From Antedon mediterranea (Eukaryota > Animalia > Echinodermata), in the NCBI RefSeq assembly GCF_964355755.1, contig NC_092678.1, positions 14,534,371 to 14,598,370 on the forward strand: a stretch of DNA of 64,000 nt. The letters run 5' to 3'. Positions 51,945-63,558 of the stretch are shown piece by piece. Position 1 is the stretch's first letter. Every line of letters begins with the position of its first letter. A program made the position numbers and the translations under genes. Under the pieces are notes generated by a model, which had not been told where the DNA came from, did not search any database, and worked only from the letters and a program-made list of their open reading frames with translations.

Positions 51945-53672
51945 GAGTAGTTTAAAAAACCTATTTCTTTTCAAATTCACCCGTGTGTTTTTCGCGTTGC
52001 TGTTCTATTGTTAGTCGACTGAAGCTATTGTTAGTTTGAAAGGCTGGTTACATAAAATTTACACAAAACTCGTATACACTTTTTTTTGTAGTGAAATTAG
52101 CCTAAATCACACAGCATTAAGACACACTTTTGATGAAAATCGGGTCAAGTGTGTTTGAATTTTGCCAAGTATAGTATTTACTTTGTTTGTTTGTATGTTT
52201 GTATGTGTGTATGTTTGTATGTTTGTATGTTTGTTTGTTTGTTTGTTAGCACGATAGGGTTCATTCAAGTTATCGTTCTGAATTTCTGGGTGTAGATAGG
52301 TATATACCTTCAGACCATGCCTATTAAAAATCAACAAAATTGGTTTATTAATAACTACACAAATAACAAAAAACTATTTTATTTTCAGACCGGCTAGTGT
52401 TAAAAGATAGGAGACACTTTTCAAAAGCCGGTGATCAGTTTGTAACACGTAAACTGAAATTACATTTTCTTGAGAACTACTTGTCCAAAAAATCTCATTT
52501 TTGGACAAGCGGCAAGGGTTATAATTTGTGATTTGTAAATTTAAAACATAAGTTTATTCAATGGACCGGTTTTTTCATACGAGTAGTTTTCATTTCTAAT
52601 TCACACCTTAGTTTTGAACTTGTTGTTCTATTGTTATTCAATTTAAACTATTGTTAGTTAGTTATTGATAACTAGTTTTGTTAGTACCAGTGTGTGTCCT
52701 TGCTTATTTTATTCTGTACATAGGTAAATACTTAAAGAACATTATTGATTTTCAGGTAAGTTAATATACTGTTTGTCACAAAAGCTTATCTTACGTATGA
52801 TATATTAAATAGCAATCATTCTGTATTCTTTTAACATGGACATATTCTTTGATATGGACCAAAACATTAGTCAACAGGTCAAGCGGTTAAGCTTACTACA
52901 GAAGTTAAGGCAGAGGCGCCGCAAATCGGCACAGCTTCAAGACACTCCTCGATCATTATTCTGGTCAATCTTGATTTTAGAAAGGTCATTGTTGCATTGC
53001 CGGAGTTGTTTGGATTAAAAAATTATTTAAACAAATTATTAACCCCAGCAGGATTTTAACAATGTAAAGTTAATACCTAAAGCAAAAAAAATGTATCTTT
53101 CAACATGCTCCGAGTCAGTGGATATATTTCACCCAGTTTCTGAGTCCTTTCATTTGTTTGTTTGCCTGATTACTCAAAAAGTAATTACAAGATCTTTCCC
53201 AAAATAAAAATACAGATTGATATCCGGTCAAGGACCACTCCATTACAATTTGGAGGCAATCTGGACCACTTTTTAGAAATATTTTCAGACCTACTAGTGT
53301 TAAAAGAAAGGAAAGACATTTTAAAAAGCCGGTGAGCAGCCTTAAAGTAAAAAGTGAACTAAAATTGTATTTTCTGAGAACCAATTGTCTAAACAAAATA
53401 ATTTTAATACTAGAGGCAAGAATTATAATTTGTGATTTGTAATTTATAAACATAATTAGATTTAATGTACAAATTTGTTGTTGAGAGTATTTTAAAACCC
53501 TATTTCTTTTCAAATTCACTCGTTTGTTTTTCCCGTATCTGTTCTATTGTTAGTCGGCTGAAGCTATTGTTAGTTGAAAGGCGGGTTACATAACCTTTAC
53601 ACCAAACTCGCAAACACATGCTTGTAGTGAAATTAGCCTAAATCACACACAGCATTAAGACACACACTTTCT
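51945..53672. repeat. Locally duplicated unclassified repeat
   Basis: ~51945-52130 matches ~53485-53672; ~52380-52550 matches ~53280-53455 and ~39400-39530. Confidence 0.7.
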
Positions 53673-53873
53673 GGTGACTAAATATGATGAAGACGAATTT
53701 TACAGTAGGCTGATTTATGCACTCTAGTATCATTATTTACTCAGTCTATTTCAATATACACAAAAAAAAAGGGTCAACCTAAGAGAACATAATCACTGTA
53801 GCGGAGCCGGTTGACCCAACCCCAAAGTTATTTACAATACTTAATATATTTGATGTTTATGATTTCTTCACAG

Positions 53874-53978
53874 AATGGAAACACACCAATCGATATTTAT
53901 CTGAATCAAGATGATGTTAAATTAGAGATATTGTTCTGTCTGATAACCAATGGTGTATCCCCAACATTTAAAAAAGAG
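53874..53978 (+). CDS. Ankyrin-like repeat protein, internal exon type A1 (35 aa)
   Basis: CAG|...|GT, 105 nt, phase 0: NGNTPIDIYLNQDDVKLEILFCLITNGVSPTFKKE. Confidence 0.75.
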
Positions 53979-54099
53979 GTAATTTGAAAAAAAAATTAAA
54001 TTGAAATATAGCACACTGGTAAAAGTACACGTAGGCTTCCTTAATATTGTTTTGCTTCGTTTTTATTCATCTAGTGCACTGTATGTTGTTTAATTATTA

Positions 54100-55250
54100 T
54101 TCATCCTCAGCCGTTGTCAGTCCACTGCCATAGTGAACAATCTCTAGCTGCTCCTTGCCTCAATACATGTCAATTTCATATCGTTATCTCACTATTTGTC
54201 TTCCGCTATTTCTGTTCTCATCCATGGGTCTCCATGATGTCATTAGCGAAGTCCATCTATTGTCTGTTCTTCTACTGATTCGTCCAGCCCACTTCTACTT
54301 ACTTAATTTTCGCATAATGTCTTGGACATGTGTTTCTTTTCTCATCCATTAATTTGTTTTTTTCTCTTTATATGTGATTCCAAGAATATTTCTTTTCATG
54401 CCGTGCTGTGCTGCTGCTATTTTTTTCATTTTATTTGGCAGTGCCCATGTCACAGCTTTATATGTTGTGATTTGTAACATGCATTGATTAAAGACATTTC
54501 TTTTTCGGTATTTCCCCTCGAGTGATGTTGCTCAGTTTTCCATATTGGCACCAGCCCAATCTGATTCTCTTCTTTATCTCTTGTTCTTGATTCTTTTCTT
54601 TTATGCTGAATCTCTGCCCCAGATAGATATATTCATTAACATCATTAATGTTATTGCCATTAACAGTCACAAATCCATGAGGTACCATGAAAATTACCAT
54701 AACTTTTGTTTTCTTCCTATTTACTTTCAATATCTGGCATTTGCAAGGTCTTTAAGCATATCTTCCGTTCACTGATTTGCTCCCCCAGGAGAACATTTTT
54801 TTTTCCATTGATATCCACTCCTTAATCTTCCCACGCCAGTAAGCGAAATATGCCTTCCAAACAAGTATAAATAGTTTAGGCGAAATTGTATTACATTGTC
54901 GGACACCCTTCTTTGTGTGGTCTTTTCTCGCTTGGTTTGTGCATCGTAACTGTGGTAGTGCAGTTGGTGTAGATATCTTGAGTAGGTTAATGTACTTATG
55001 ATGAATTCCATGATCTTGAAGAGCTTTTCAAACTGACTGTGTCTCTACCAAATCAAATGCCTTTTCATAGTCTATGAAGGCCATACAATGTGGTTTGTTG
55101 TATTATTGGCATTTTTTATCGGGTTCAGTGTATGAATATGATCCATGCTATAAAAACCACTCCTAAATCCTCCTTGTTCACTGGGTTAGTGGCTATCAAG
55201 TGAATTTTCCATTCGATATATCAGGATTCTTGAAAACACTTTGTATTGTT
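54100..55250 (-). mobile_element. RTE-clade LINE 3' remnant within an intron
   Basis: FIDYEKAFD, MKVNRKKTKVM, YIYLGQ, EIKKRIRLGW; 3' end GCAGTGGACTGACAACGGCTGAGGATGA. Confidence 0.8.
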
Positions 55251-55390
55251 ATTAACATGATGCAACTACTCTTGGTATAATTAAAATATTTTAGCTACTT
55301 TCGATTAATTTAATTTAGTTAATCCATGTTGTAAAATCCATCGAAGGAAAACATTTATTAATAAAAATATAACAATTTTATTTTTTTTAG

Positions 55391-55501
55391 AATGGAAGCA
55401 ATGCTCTACATGTACATCTAAGTGGTAGATATGTTAAACCTACATTGAAAATAGTGACCCATCTTATTAATCTTGGTGAATCTCCATCATTACAAAATAA
55501 G
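55391..55501 (+). CDS. Ankyrin-like repeat protein, internal exon type B1 (37 aa)
   Basis: T-tract AG|...AAG|GTAAT, 111 nt, phase 0: NGSNALHVHLSGRYVKPTLKIVTHLINLGESPSLQNK. Confidence 0.8.
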
Positions 55502-55614
55502 GTAATATACATTAGAGTGATGTAACCTTGTGTATGTTCGGGTGGAACTCAAAGACACCCCAGATCACTACTGTGGTGTTCATAACTATATATATATATA
55601 TAACTGAGGACTAG

Positions 55615-58600
55615 TAGTAGAGCAGTTAATGACATGAGCTGTGCATTTTATTACCAAAGCATGAAACTTGGCACAAAGTTTCTATAATGTATATAGATTC
55701 AAAATATCGGGGGGTGCCAAGTGTCCAACGTCCGGTATGGCGGCCATCTTGATTTCAAAATGGCCACCATAAAAACAAAAAATGTTCATATCTTGGCAAC
55801 TATACACATTAGAGACTTAATTCTGGTCTCAAATTGTTCACAAACTATATATTTCTATTTACTCTAATGAAAATTTTCGTCCAAAAATGACCGGAAATGA
55901 CGTTTCTTTCAGTGTGACCTTTGACCTCGTATTTGTATATCTCTGTAACTACTGGTCATTTTCAATAAATGTTGGTGTCATTTTGTTCAGAATAAATACA
56001 TTTATATTTGTAGTAATGAAACATTTTCACATAAAATGACCGGAAATACAATTTATGACCTTTGACATTTAATTATTGATTTTTAATTATGTGAATATAC
56101 TGTATGTGGATTTTGGTGGTCTTAAATGCACCTAATTTTGAACTTTGACCTGATAGGCGTAATTATATTAAATGATTAATGGACTTAAATTGTATATTGT
56201 ACATAAAATTGGTAAACATTGTGCTTGGTGGTACCATTAGTTCAATGATGTTGGCACCTTCTGATTCGCTAAAAGTTTTAATAGTTTGACAGAGGAAATA
56301 ACATACATGTTATGGAATACCGTAAAACCTCGAAAAGGTGATAGTATGAGCTTCTTTTCGAGATAGACTGTATTTGAATGTCAAATGAATAGTATGATGA
56401 TCGTGTTTATATCAATATATTATTAATGACCTTACAAAGAACCCTTTATATTTCAAAAATCAAGCCTCAGTTATTCTACAAGTTATTGTTTTCCAAGTGG
56501 CTGGTAGGCCTATTTTGATTGCATCTTCTTTTTGTAGGCCTATGCTTCCTCGGTAATATGGTCCTACCCCTCCTTCTTTGTCTGTAGGTGGTCTTATACC
56601 CCATTCTTTGTCTGTGGATGGTCTTATACCCCCCTTCCTTGTCTGTGGATAGTCTTATACCCGCTTCTTTGTCTGTGGATGGTCTTATACCCGCTTCTTT
56701 GTCTTTGGATGGTCTTATACCCCCCTTCTTTGTCTGTGGATGGTATTATACCCGCTTCTTTGTCTGTGGATGATCTTACACCCCTTTCTTTGTATGTAGA
56801 TGGTCTTACACCCCTTCTTTGTCTGTGGATGGTCCTACACTCCCTTCTTTGTATGTGGATGGTCCTACACCCCCTTCTTTGTCTGTGGATGGTCTTATAC
56901 CCCCTTCTTTGTCTATGGATGGTCTTATATCCCCTTCTTTGTCTGTAGATGGTCTTATAATCCCTTCTTTGTGTGTGGATGGTCTTACACCCCTTCTTTG
57001 TCTGTGGGTGGTCTTACATCCCCTTCTTTGTCTATGGATTGTCCGACACCCCTTCTTTGTCTGTGGATGGTCTTACACCCCCTTCTTTGTCTGTGGGTGG
57101 TCTTACATCCCCTTCTTTGTCTGTGGATTGTCCGACACCCCTTCTTTGTCTGTGGATGGTCCTACATCACCTTCTTTGTCTGTGGATGGTCTTATACCCC
57201 CTTCTTTGTCTGTAAGTGGTCCTATACCCTTTCTTTGTCAGTGGGTAGTCTTACACCCCCTTCTTTGTCTGTGGACGGTCCTACACCCCCTTGTTTGTCT
57301 GTGGACGGTATTACACCCCTTTCTTTGTCTGTGGACGGTCTTACACCCCTTCTGTGCATGCGGATGGTCTTATATCCCCTTCCTTGTCTGTTGATGGTAT
57401 TACACCCCTTTCTTTGTCTGTTGATGGTATTACACCCCTTTTTTGTGTGTGGATGGTCTTACACCCCTTTCTTTCTGTGTGGATGGTCTTACACCCCTTC
57501 TTTGTCTGTGGATGGTCTTACACCCCTTCTTTCTCTGTGGATGGCCTTACACCCCTTTCTTTGTCTGTGGACGGTCCTACACCCCTTTCTTCTTTGTATG
57601 TGGATGGTCTTACACCCCCTTCTTTGTCTGTGGATGGTCCTACATCCCCTTCTTTGTCTGTAGATGGCCTTACACCCCTTTCTTTGTGTGTGGATAGTCT
57701 TATACCCCCTTCTTTGTCTGTGGATGGTCTTACACTCCTTTCTTTGTGTGTGGATGGTCTTATACCCCCTTCTTTGTCTGTGGATGGTATTATACCCCCT
57801 TCTTTGTCTGTGGATAGTCTTATACCCCCTTCTTTGTCTGTGGATGGTCTTATACCCCCTTCTTTGTCTGTGATGGTCTTATACCCCCTTCTTTGTCTGT
57901 GGATGGTCTTACATCCCCTTCTTTGTCTGGACCCACTACTTTGATTGATTAAATCAGACATTGTTTCTTGTATGATTAGGAGACCAAGACCTTCAAAGTG
58001 AAAGTCCACAAGTGGATGCCTAAAAAGGTCTTGTACAGAACAGTATATTGTAGGTCCATGTCACTAATTTGAGAATTACTTGAATAATTATATTGAGATG
58101 TCTTTTACGAATTGATTTGGTTCGGATTTTGCTAAAAAATCAATGAGTAGAGAAAATCGAGGAAAAGGATTCAGATGGTTTACAGCAAAGGCCCATTACC
58201 ATAAAAATGGAGTACATTTTTTTAGATGCAACGAAAATGAACAAGAATTATCTGAGTTTCTGACTAATGAAAGTAGGTCTACTGCACAAATGCAGGATAA
58301 GTTTGTAGTAAGTTTGAAAGACGGTATTCTCTTAACTCATGAAAATGAAAACTTTCCGAACTTGTCTCATATGCAACATCAAAGAGGCCAACGAAAGAAT
58401 GCTACTTTACATCAAAAATATTTCCAAATGGCATCTAACAATTCAATTCAACTTTTATTTCAGACAATTGTCCATATGGTATAATGCATTGCAAAAAAAA
58501 AGATGATGGAGAGAGGACCAAAACTTTTATCTAACGATTGACACATCACATTTTAGCAAACAAGTCGGCATAGATGAGCTCAGTGATTGCTGTTTCTCAG

Positions 58601-59217
58601 TGATCTGTCATACTTTACGCCTATCCTATCACATCAAAAGTCAAAAATTCAGAATAATAATTCCTGGTCATTTTTGCAGTGTCATTTATTTCGTTAAAAA
58701 AAATTAGGTGCATTTATACCAATGTAAACCACATATAGTATGTTCACATATTATATATGTCAAAGGTTATAAATTGTATTTCCAGGCATTTTATGTGAAA
58801 ATGTTTCATTACTACAAATATAAATGTCTCTATTCTGAACAAAATGACACCAAAATCGATTGAAAATGATCAGTAGTTACTGAGATATACAGATAAGAGG
58901 TCAAAAGTCAAACTGGGCGAAACGTCATTTCCGGTCATTTTTTGGCGAAACTTTTCATTAGAGCAAATAGAAATATGTGGTTTGTGAACAATTTAACACC
59001 AGAATCATGTCTCTACTGTTTATAGTTGCCAAGATATGAACACTTTTTTTTATGGTGGCCATTTTGAAATCAAGATGGCCGCCATACCGGACGTTGGACA
59101 CTTGGCACCCCCCGATATTTTTAATCTATATACATCAAATAAACTTTGTGGCAAGTTTCATGCTTTGGTAATAAAGTGCACAACTTGGCTATTTTTATGG
59201 CACTAACTGCTCTACTA
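55615..59217 (+). mobile_element. Academ-like DNA transposon deletion derivative with ~520-bp TIRs
   Basis: TAGTAGAGCAG..CTGCTCTACTA termini; TAG duplicated at 55612-55614 and 59218-59220; splits unit sequence GAGGACTAG|TGCT; remnant RENRGKG..FFRCNENEQELSEFL at 58143. Confidence 0.8.
56558..57930. repeat. 29-31-bp minisatellite (TTCTTTGTCTGTGGATGGTCTTAYACCCCC), roughly 45 copies
   Basis: Direct inspection. Confidence 0.97.
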
Positions 59218-59292
59218 TAGTGCTTTTCCGCCGTACCACGCCGAGAATGTTAAAGAGTCGCTATCCAATCGAGTTTGAACAATACCATGAAA

Positions 59293-59364
59293 GCCCCAGT
59301 GGTCTAATGGTTAGGACATCTGTATATCAAGCAGGCGGTCCGAGTTCGAGTCTCGGTTGGGGCG
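59293..59364 (+). tRNA. tRNA-like copy, anticodon ATC
   Basis: As 44755 with one anticodon-stem C>T. Confidence 0.55.
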
Positions 59365-59474
59365 ACTTTTTCTCTTTCTCACAGATTTCCTCATCTTTAT
59401 CGTTTCAAATTAATTAATTAAATTTCAGTATATCACCGGGCGGTTTCGAATTAATGTTCATTGCCTAATGTGTT

Positions 59475-59518
<44 letters not shown>

Positions 59519-59538
59519 TAAAGAACAATACCATGAAA

Positions 59539-59610
59539 GCCTCAGTGGTCTAATGGTTAGGGCAACTGCATATCAAGCAGACGGTCCGAGTTCGAGTCTC
59601 GGTTGGGGCG
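59539..59610 (+). tRNA. tRNA-like copy, subfamily B, anticodon ATC
   Basis: GGGCAACTGC variant; GCCTCAG acceptor strand. Confidence 0.5.
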
Positions 59611-59912
59611 ACTTTTTCTCATTCTCCAAGATTTTCCTCATCTTTATCGTTTCAAAAATTAATTAAATAATTTTCATTGTATCACCGGGCGGTTTTGCAT
59701 TTATTTCTATGCCTGTTATGTTTATATAATATATAAAAGTATCTGTCGAGATCCCGCTTAGTGAATAAATATACTGAATTATAGATGAGGGCGTATCAAT
59801 TTTATCTCTGGTGCGCGTGCGTACAACTGAGGACTAGTTGTGTTCCAACCGTACCACGCCGAGAATGTTAAAGGGTCGTTATCCGATCGAGTTAAAGAAC
59901 AATACCATGAAA

Positions 59913-59984
59913 GCCCCAGTGGTCTAATGGTTAGGGCAACTGCTTATCAAGCAGGCGGTCCGAGTTCGAGTCTCAGTTGGGGCG
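59913..59984 (+). tRNA. tRNA-like copy, subfamily B, anticodon ATC
   Basis: Loop TTATCAA; one T-stem mismatch. Confidence 0.5.
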
Positions 59985-60285
59985 ACTTTTTCTCATTCTA
60001 CCAGATTTTCCTCATCTTTATCGTTTCAAAAATTAATTAAATAGTTTTCAGTGTATCATCGGGCGGTTTGGAATTTATTTCTATGCCTGTTGTATTTATA
60101 TATATATAAAAGTATCTCTCGAGATCCCGCTTAGTGAATAAATATACTGAATTATAGATGAGGGCGTATCAATTTGATCTCTGGTGCGCGTGCGTACAAC
60201 TGAGGACTAGTTGTGTTCCAACCGTACCACGCCGAGAATGTTAAGGGGTCGTTATCCGATCGAGTTAAAGAACAATACCATGAAA

Positions 60286-60357
60286 GCCCCAGTGGTCTAA
60301 TGGTTAGGGCAACTGCATATCAAGCAGGCGGTCCGAGTTCGAGTCTCGGTTGGGGCG
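60286..60357 (+). tRNA. tRNA-like copy, subfamily B, anticodon ATC
   Basis: Intact A and B boxes. Confidence 0.55.
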
Positions 60358-60556
60358 ACTTTTTCTCATTCTCCCAGATTTTCCTCATCTTTATCGTTTC
60401 AAAAATTAATTAAATAGTTTTCAGTGTATCACCGGGCGGTTTGGAATTCATTTCTATGCCTGTTGTGTTTATATATATATATATATATGTTCCGCCGTAC
60501 CACGCCGAGAATGTTAAAGAGTCGCTATCCAATCGAGTTTGAACAATACCATGAAA

Positions 60557-60628
60557 GCCCCAGTGGTCTAATGGTTAGGGCAACTGCATATCAAGCAGAC
60601 GGTCCGAGTTCAAGTCTCGGTTGGGGCG
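60557..60628 (+). tRNA. tRNA-like copy with TTCAAGT T-loop
   Basis: Same cloverleaf, T-loop variant. Confidence 0.5.
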
Positions 60629-60724
60629 ACTTTTTCTAATTCTCACAGATTGGTGATATACTGAAATTTAATTAATTAATTTGAAACGATAAAAATGAGG
60701 AAATCTGTGAGAATGAGAAAAAGT

Positions 60725-60796
60725 CGCCCCAACCGAGACTTGAACTCGGACCGTCTGCTTGATATGCAGTTGCCCTAACCATTAGACCACTGGGGC
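60725..60796 (-). tRNA. Inverted tRNA-like copy
   Basis: Reverse complement of 60557-60628 including private variants. Confidence 0.5.
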
Positions 60797-61609
60797 TTTC
60801 ATGGTATTGTTCAAACTCGATTGGATAGCGACTCTTTAACATTCTCGGCGTGGTACGGTGGAACAGCACTAGTCCTCAGTTGTACACACGCGCAACAGAG
60901 ATCAAATTGATACGCCCTCATCTTACAGTATTTTTATTCACGAGGCGGGATCTCCGAAGAGATACTTTTATATATATAAACACAGTAGGCAAAGAACATT
61001 AATTAATATATATATATCTAGATCAAAGTGGTTACGATAAGCAGTTGGACACCTCTGGCCGATATAAAATCTCTAAAATAGGGAAACAAAATTACAATAA
61101 AAAGTATAAATAAACAATACAAAAAAAAATTATACGATCAAAATGCCAAACCCACAAAACAGCCTTCCCTCAAGAATCAGCTCTCAGCTTCCAAATATGA
61201 CTGCGTCTCGGCCCCGGGACGGTAATGTTAAATGTTTAGGATCATCATTATTGTGAGGCAAAAAGAGTTTTGAGAGATCCATAGAATAATGTTACTGAAG
61301 TGCCACTGGTCATTACAAGCACATATCTAGATAATTATATTGATACACATACTTTGATATACACGTTCTGCCTTCCTTATAATTGAATTCTCATGAAAGA
61401 ACATTTGTTTTCCTGTATTTTAAGTGTATTGTAAACATAATATGTCTCATATTTAGTATTTCTGTATCTGAAGTATTTTGTAAATATGTATGTAATATTC
61501 ATGCTGTATCAACGACACAAAAAAACCAACAACCCTTCATGGTGTCAGTTGTATCAAACTGTATAATTTATAAATCTAATTATATTTGATATTTATGATT
61601 TCTTGACAG

Positions 61610-61714
61610 AATGGAGACACACCGATAGATATTTATCTGAAGCGTGTTGATGTTAAATTAGAGATATTGTTCTGTCTGATAACCAATGCTGTATCAACCA
61701 CATTAACAAAAGAA
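61610..61714 (+). CDS. Ankyrin-like repeat protein, internal exon type A2 (35 aa)
   Basis: CAG|...|GTAAT, 105 nt: NGDTPIDIYLKRVDVKLEILFCLITNAVSTTLTKE. Confidence 0.75.
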
Positions 61715-62329
61715 GTAATGTTCCATTAACTTTACAACAAAACAATTAAATTAAATATCATACTTGTAACAGTACACGATGCTTAATAATATTCTTTGTT
61801 TTGCTTCGTTATTTTTGTTATTATCAACCTCAAATGTAAGAAGATATACTGTATGTTGTTCAATATTAAAGGGCAACTTGACCGAGGACAATATTTTAAC
61901 AACGTATTAGAAATGTACATATGATTCCGGAAACATCGCGAGATTAATGATATCGCCGCACGCGCTCGCCCCATACAGCCGTAGTCATAAAATGCTGTGA
62001 CGTCACATGTGCATTACAACATTGACGTCATGAGTTTTCACTGTTGTTAACATACACGAGATAGGTACCTTTAACTTCAACTGCTTATTTGACCTGCATT
62101 AGGCTTAATTTTGCCAACATATTTAGCTTGGTATTTAAAAAAAACTTCATTATCCAGATAAGCAAAATAAACAATAACAAAAATCAACGTTTTTATTGCT
62201 TACGATTTATTTACAAAGTTTGTTTACTAGAAATTGTTTAGATTTGCCAGACTTGTCTATTTACCCGAAGGATAGCTAGAAACATGATGCTCTAGAATCA
62301 TTGAACTATATCAAAGAACTAAAAAGAAC

Positions 62330-63235
62330 ATTTTTCACCAAATGGAAGATGGGTTTGTGTCGATAGAGTTCAGGAATGTTCCCAATGGTTCTGTTAATGC
62401 TTTTAACTTTGAGAAGGTCGTGTACTTTTGACCCAATGGCGTACAGGGGGAAATTTTTATATACGTGTTTAATGGCTTTTACCTTCGAGAAGGTCATGTC
62501 TTCGACCCATTGGCGTTCAGGGGATATTTTGTATAAGTGTTTAAGTAATGTACATTCTTTTTCCTTTTGCCTTCCCTTGGACGAACACGTCAATAAATTG
62601 TTGTTGTTTAATGGCAAAAACCGACATCGAGGATGCGTTTCGTAACATTGCAATCCACCCTTGTGATTATCACCTTTTGAGTTTCTCGTGGAAAAATAAG
62701 TACTACTACGATCGCTGTCTTCCGATGGGGGCCAGTCGTTCATGTAGCATTTTTTAATCGTTCAGTACAGCATTAGTTTGGCTAATGCTTACAAAATTTA
62801 ATATCCCGGATATATCTCATATCCTGGACGATTTTTTCTTTGTCGGTCCTAAACATTCAAATCTTTGTCAAAATGCACTTACTACTTTTATCTCACTTTG
62901 TAACACACTAGGGGTGCCCATTACAGATTCGAAGACTGTTTTACCAACTACAGTCATTGTGATATACGGCATAGAGGTGGATTCTGTTTCCATGGAATGT
63001 CGTTTACCTATGTCAAAAAATCACGAAGACAATCACTAAAATTAACCATTTTTTAGCCAGGAAGAAAGTTACGCTGCGCGACATACAGTCGATTTTTGGC
63101 CTGCTGAATTACGCCTGTAGCGTGGTGCTACCAGGTAGAGCCTTTTACGCCGTCTTATAAATATCCCATCCTTAGCGAAACATCCAAATCAGTTTATTCG
63201 CTTGTCGCGCGAGGTAAAAGACGATTTACATATTT
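62330..63235 (+). mobile_element. DIRS/Ngaro-type retrotransposon RT remnant
   Basis: MAKTDIEDAFRNIAIHP.DY.LL...YYYDRCLPMGASRSCSIF; ISHILDDFFFVG; GIEVDS; GLLNYACSVV.PGRAF. Confidence 0.8.
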
Positions 63236-63447
63236 GTTTATGTACATTAATTCTACGATATGTTAGTTACAATTCTGTATAGACCTATAACTGTTATATT
63301 ATATTATCGGTTATTTTTTACAAGTATATTAACGGTGCGTTTATCTATATAACAATGGTGAATGCTTGTTAATTGTTAATACTATATATTCAATAGGGGC
63401 GCGTGCGGCGATATCCTTAATCTCGCGATTATTATTTTTTTTTATAG

Positions 63448-63558
63448 GAAGAAACCAATGCTCTACATGTCTTTCTAAGTGGCAAATATCTTCAACCTAC
63501 TTTAAAAATAGTGACTTATCTCATTAATCTTGGTGAATCTCCAACATTACAAAATAAG
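63448..63558 (+). CDS. Ankyrin-like repeat protein, internal exon type B2 (37 aa)
   Basis: T-tract TAG|...AAG|GTAAT, 111 nt: EETNALHVFLSGKYLQPTLKIVTYLINLGESPTLQNK. Confidence 0.8.

Larger units (their letters stand above)
55587..61017. repeat. Second (TA)n-bounded array of the tRNA-containing unit (six cloverleaf copies, last one inverted), interrupted by an Academ-like element
   Basis: Cloverleafs at 59293, 59539, 59913, 60286, 60557 (+) and 60725-60796 (-); 373-bp period between 59913 and 60286. Confidence 0.9.

Noticed and set aside
52723-52755. Possible upstream micro-exon (AG ... CAG|GTAAGT) of the ankyrin gene
   Set aside because: Only splice-like dinucleotides; no coding similarity or other support
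56588-58009. Many overlapping long ORFs (up to 287 aa)
   Set aside because: Translations of a stop-poor 30-bp minisatellite, open in several frames on both strands
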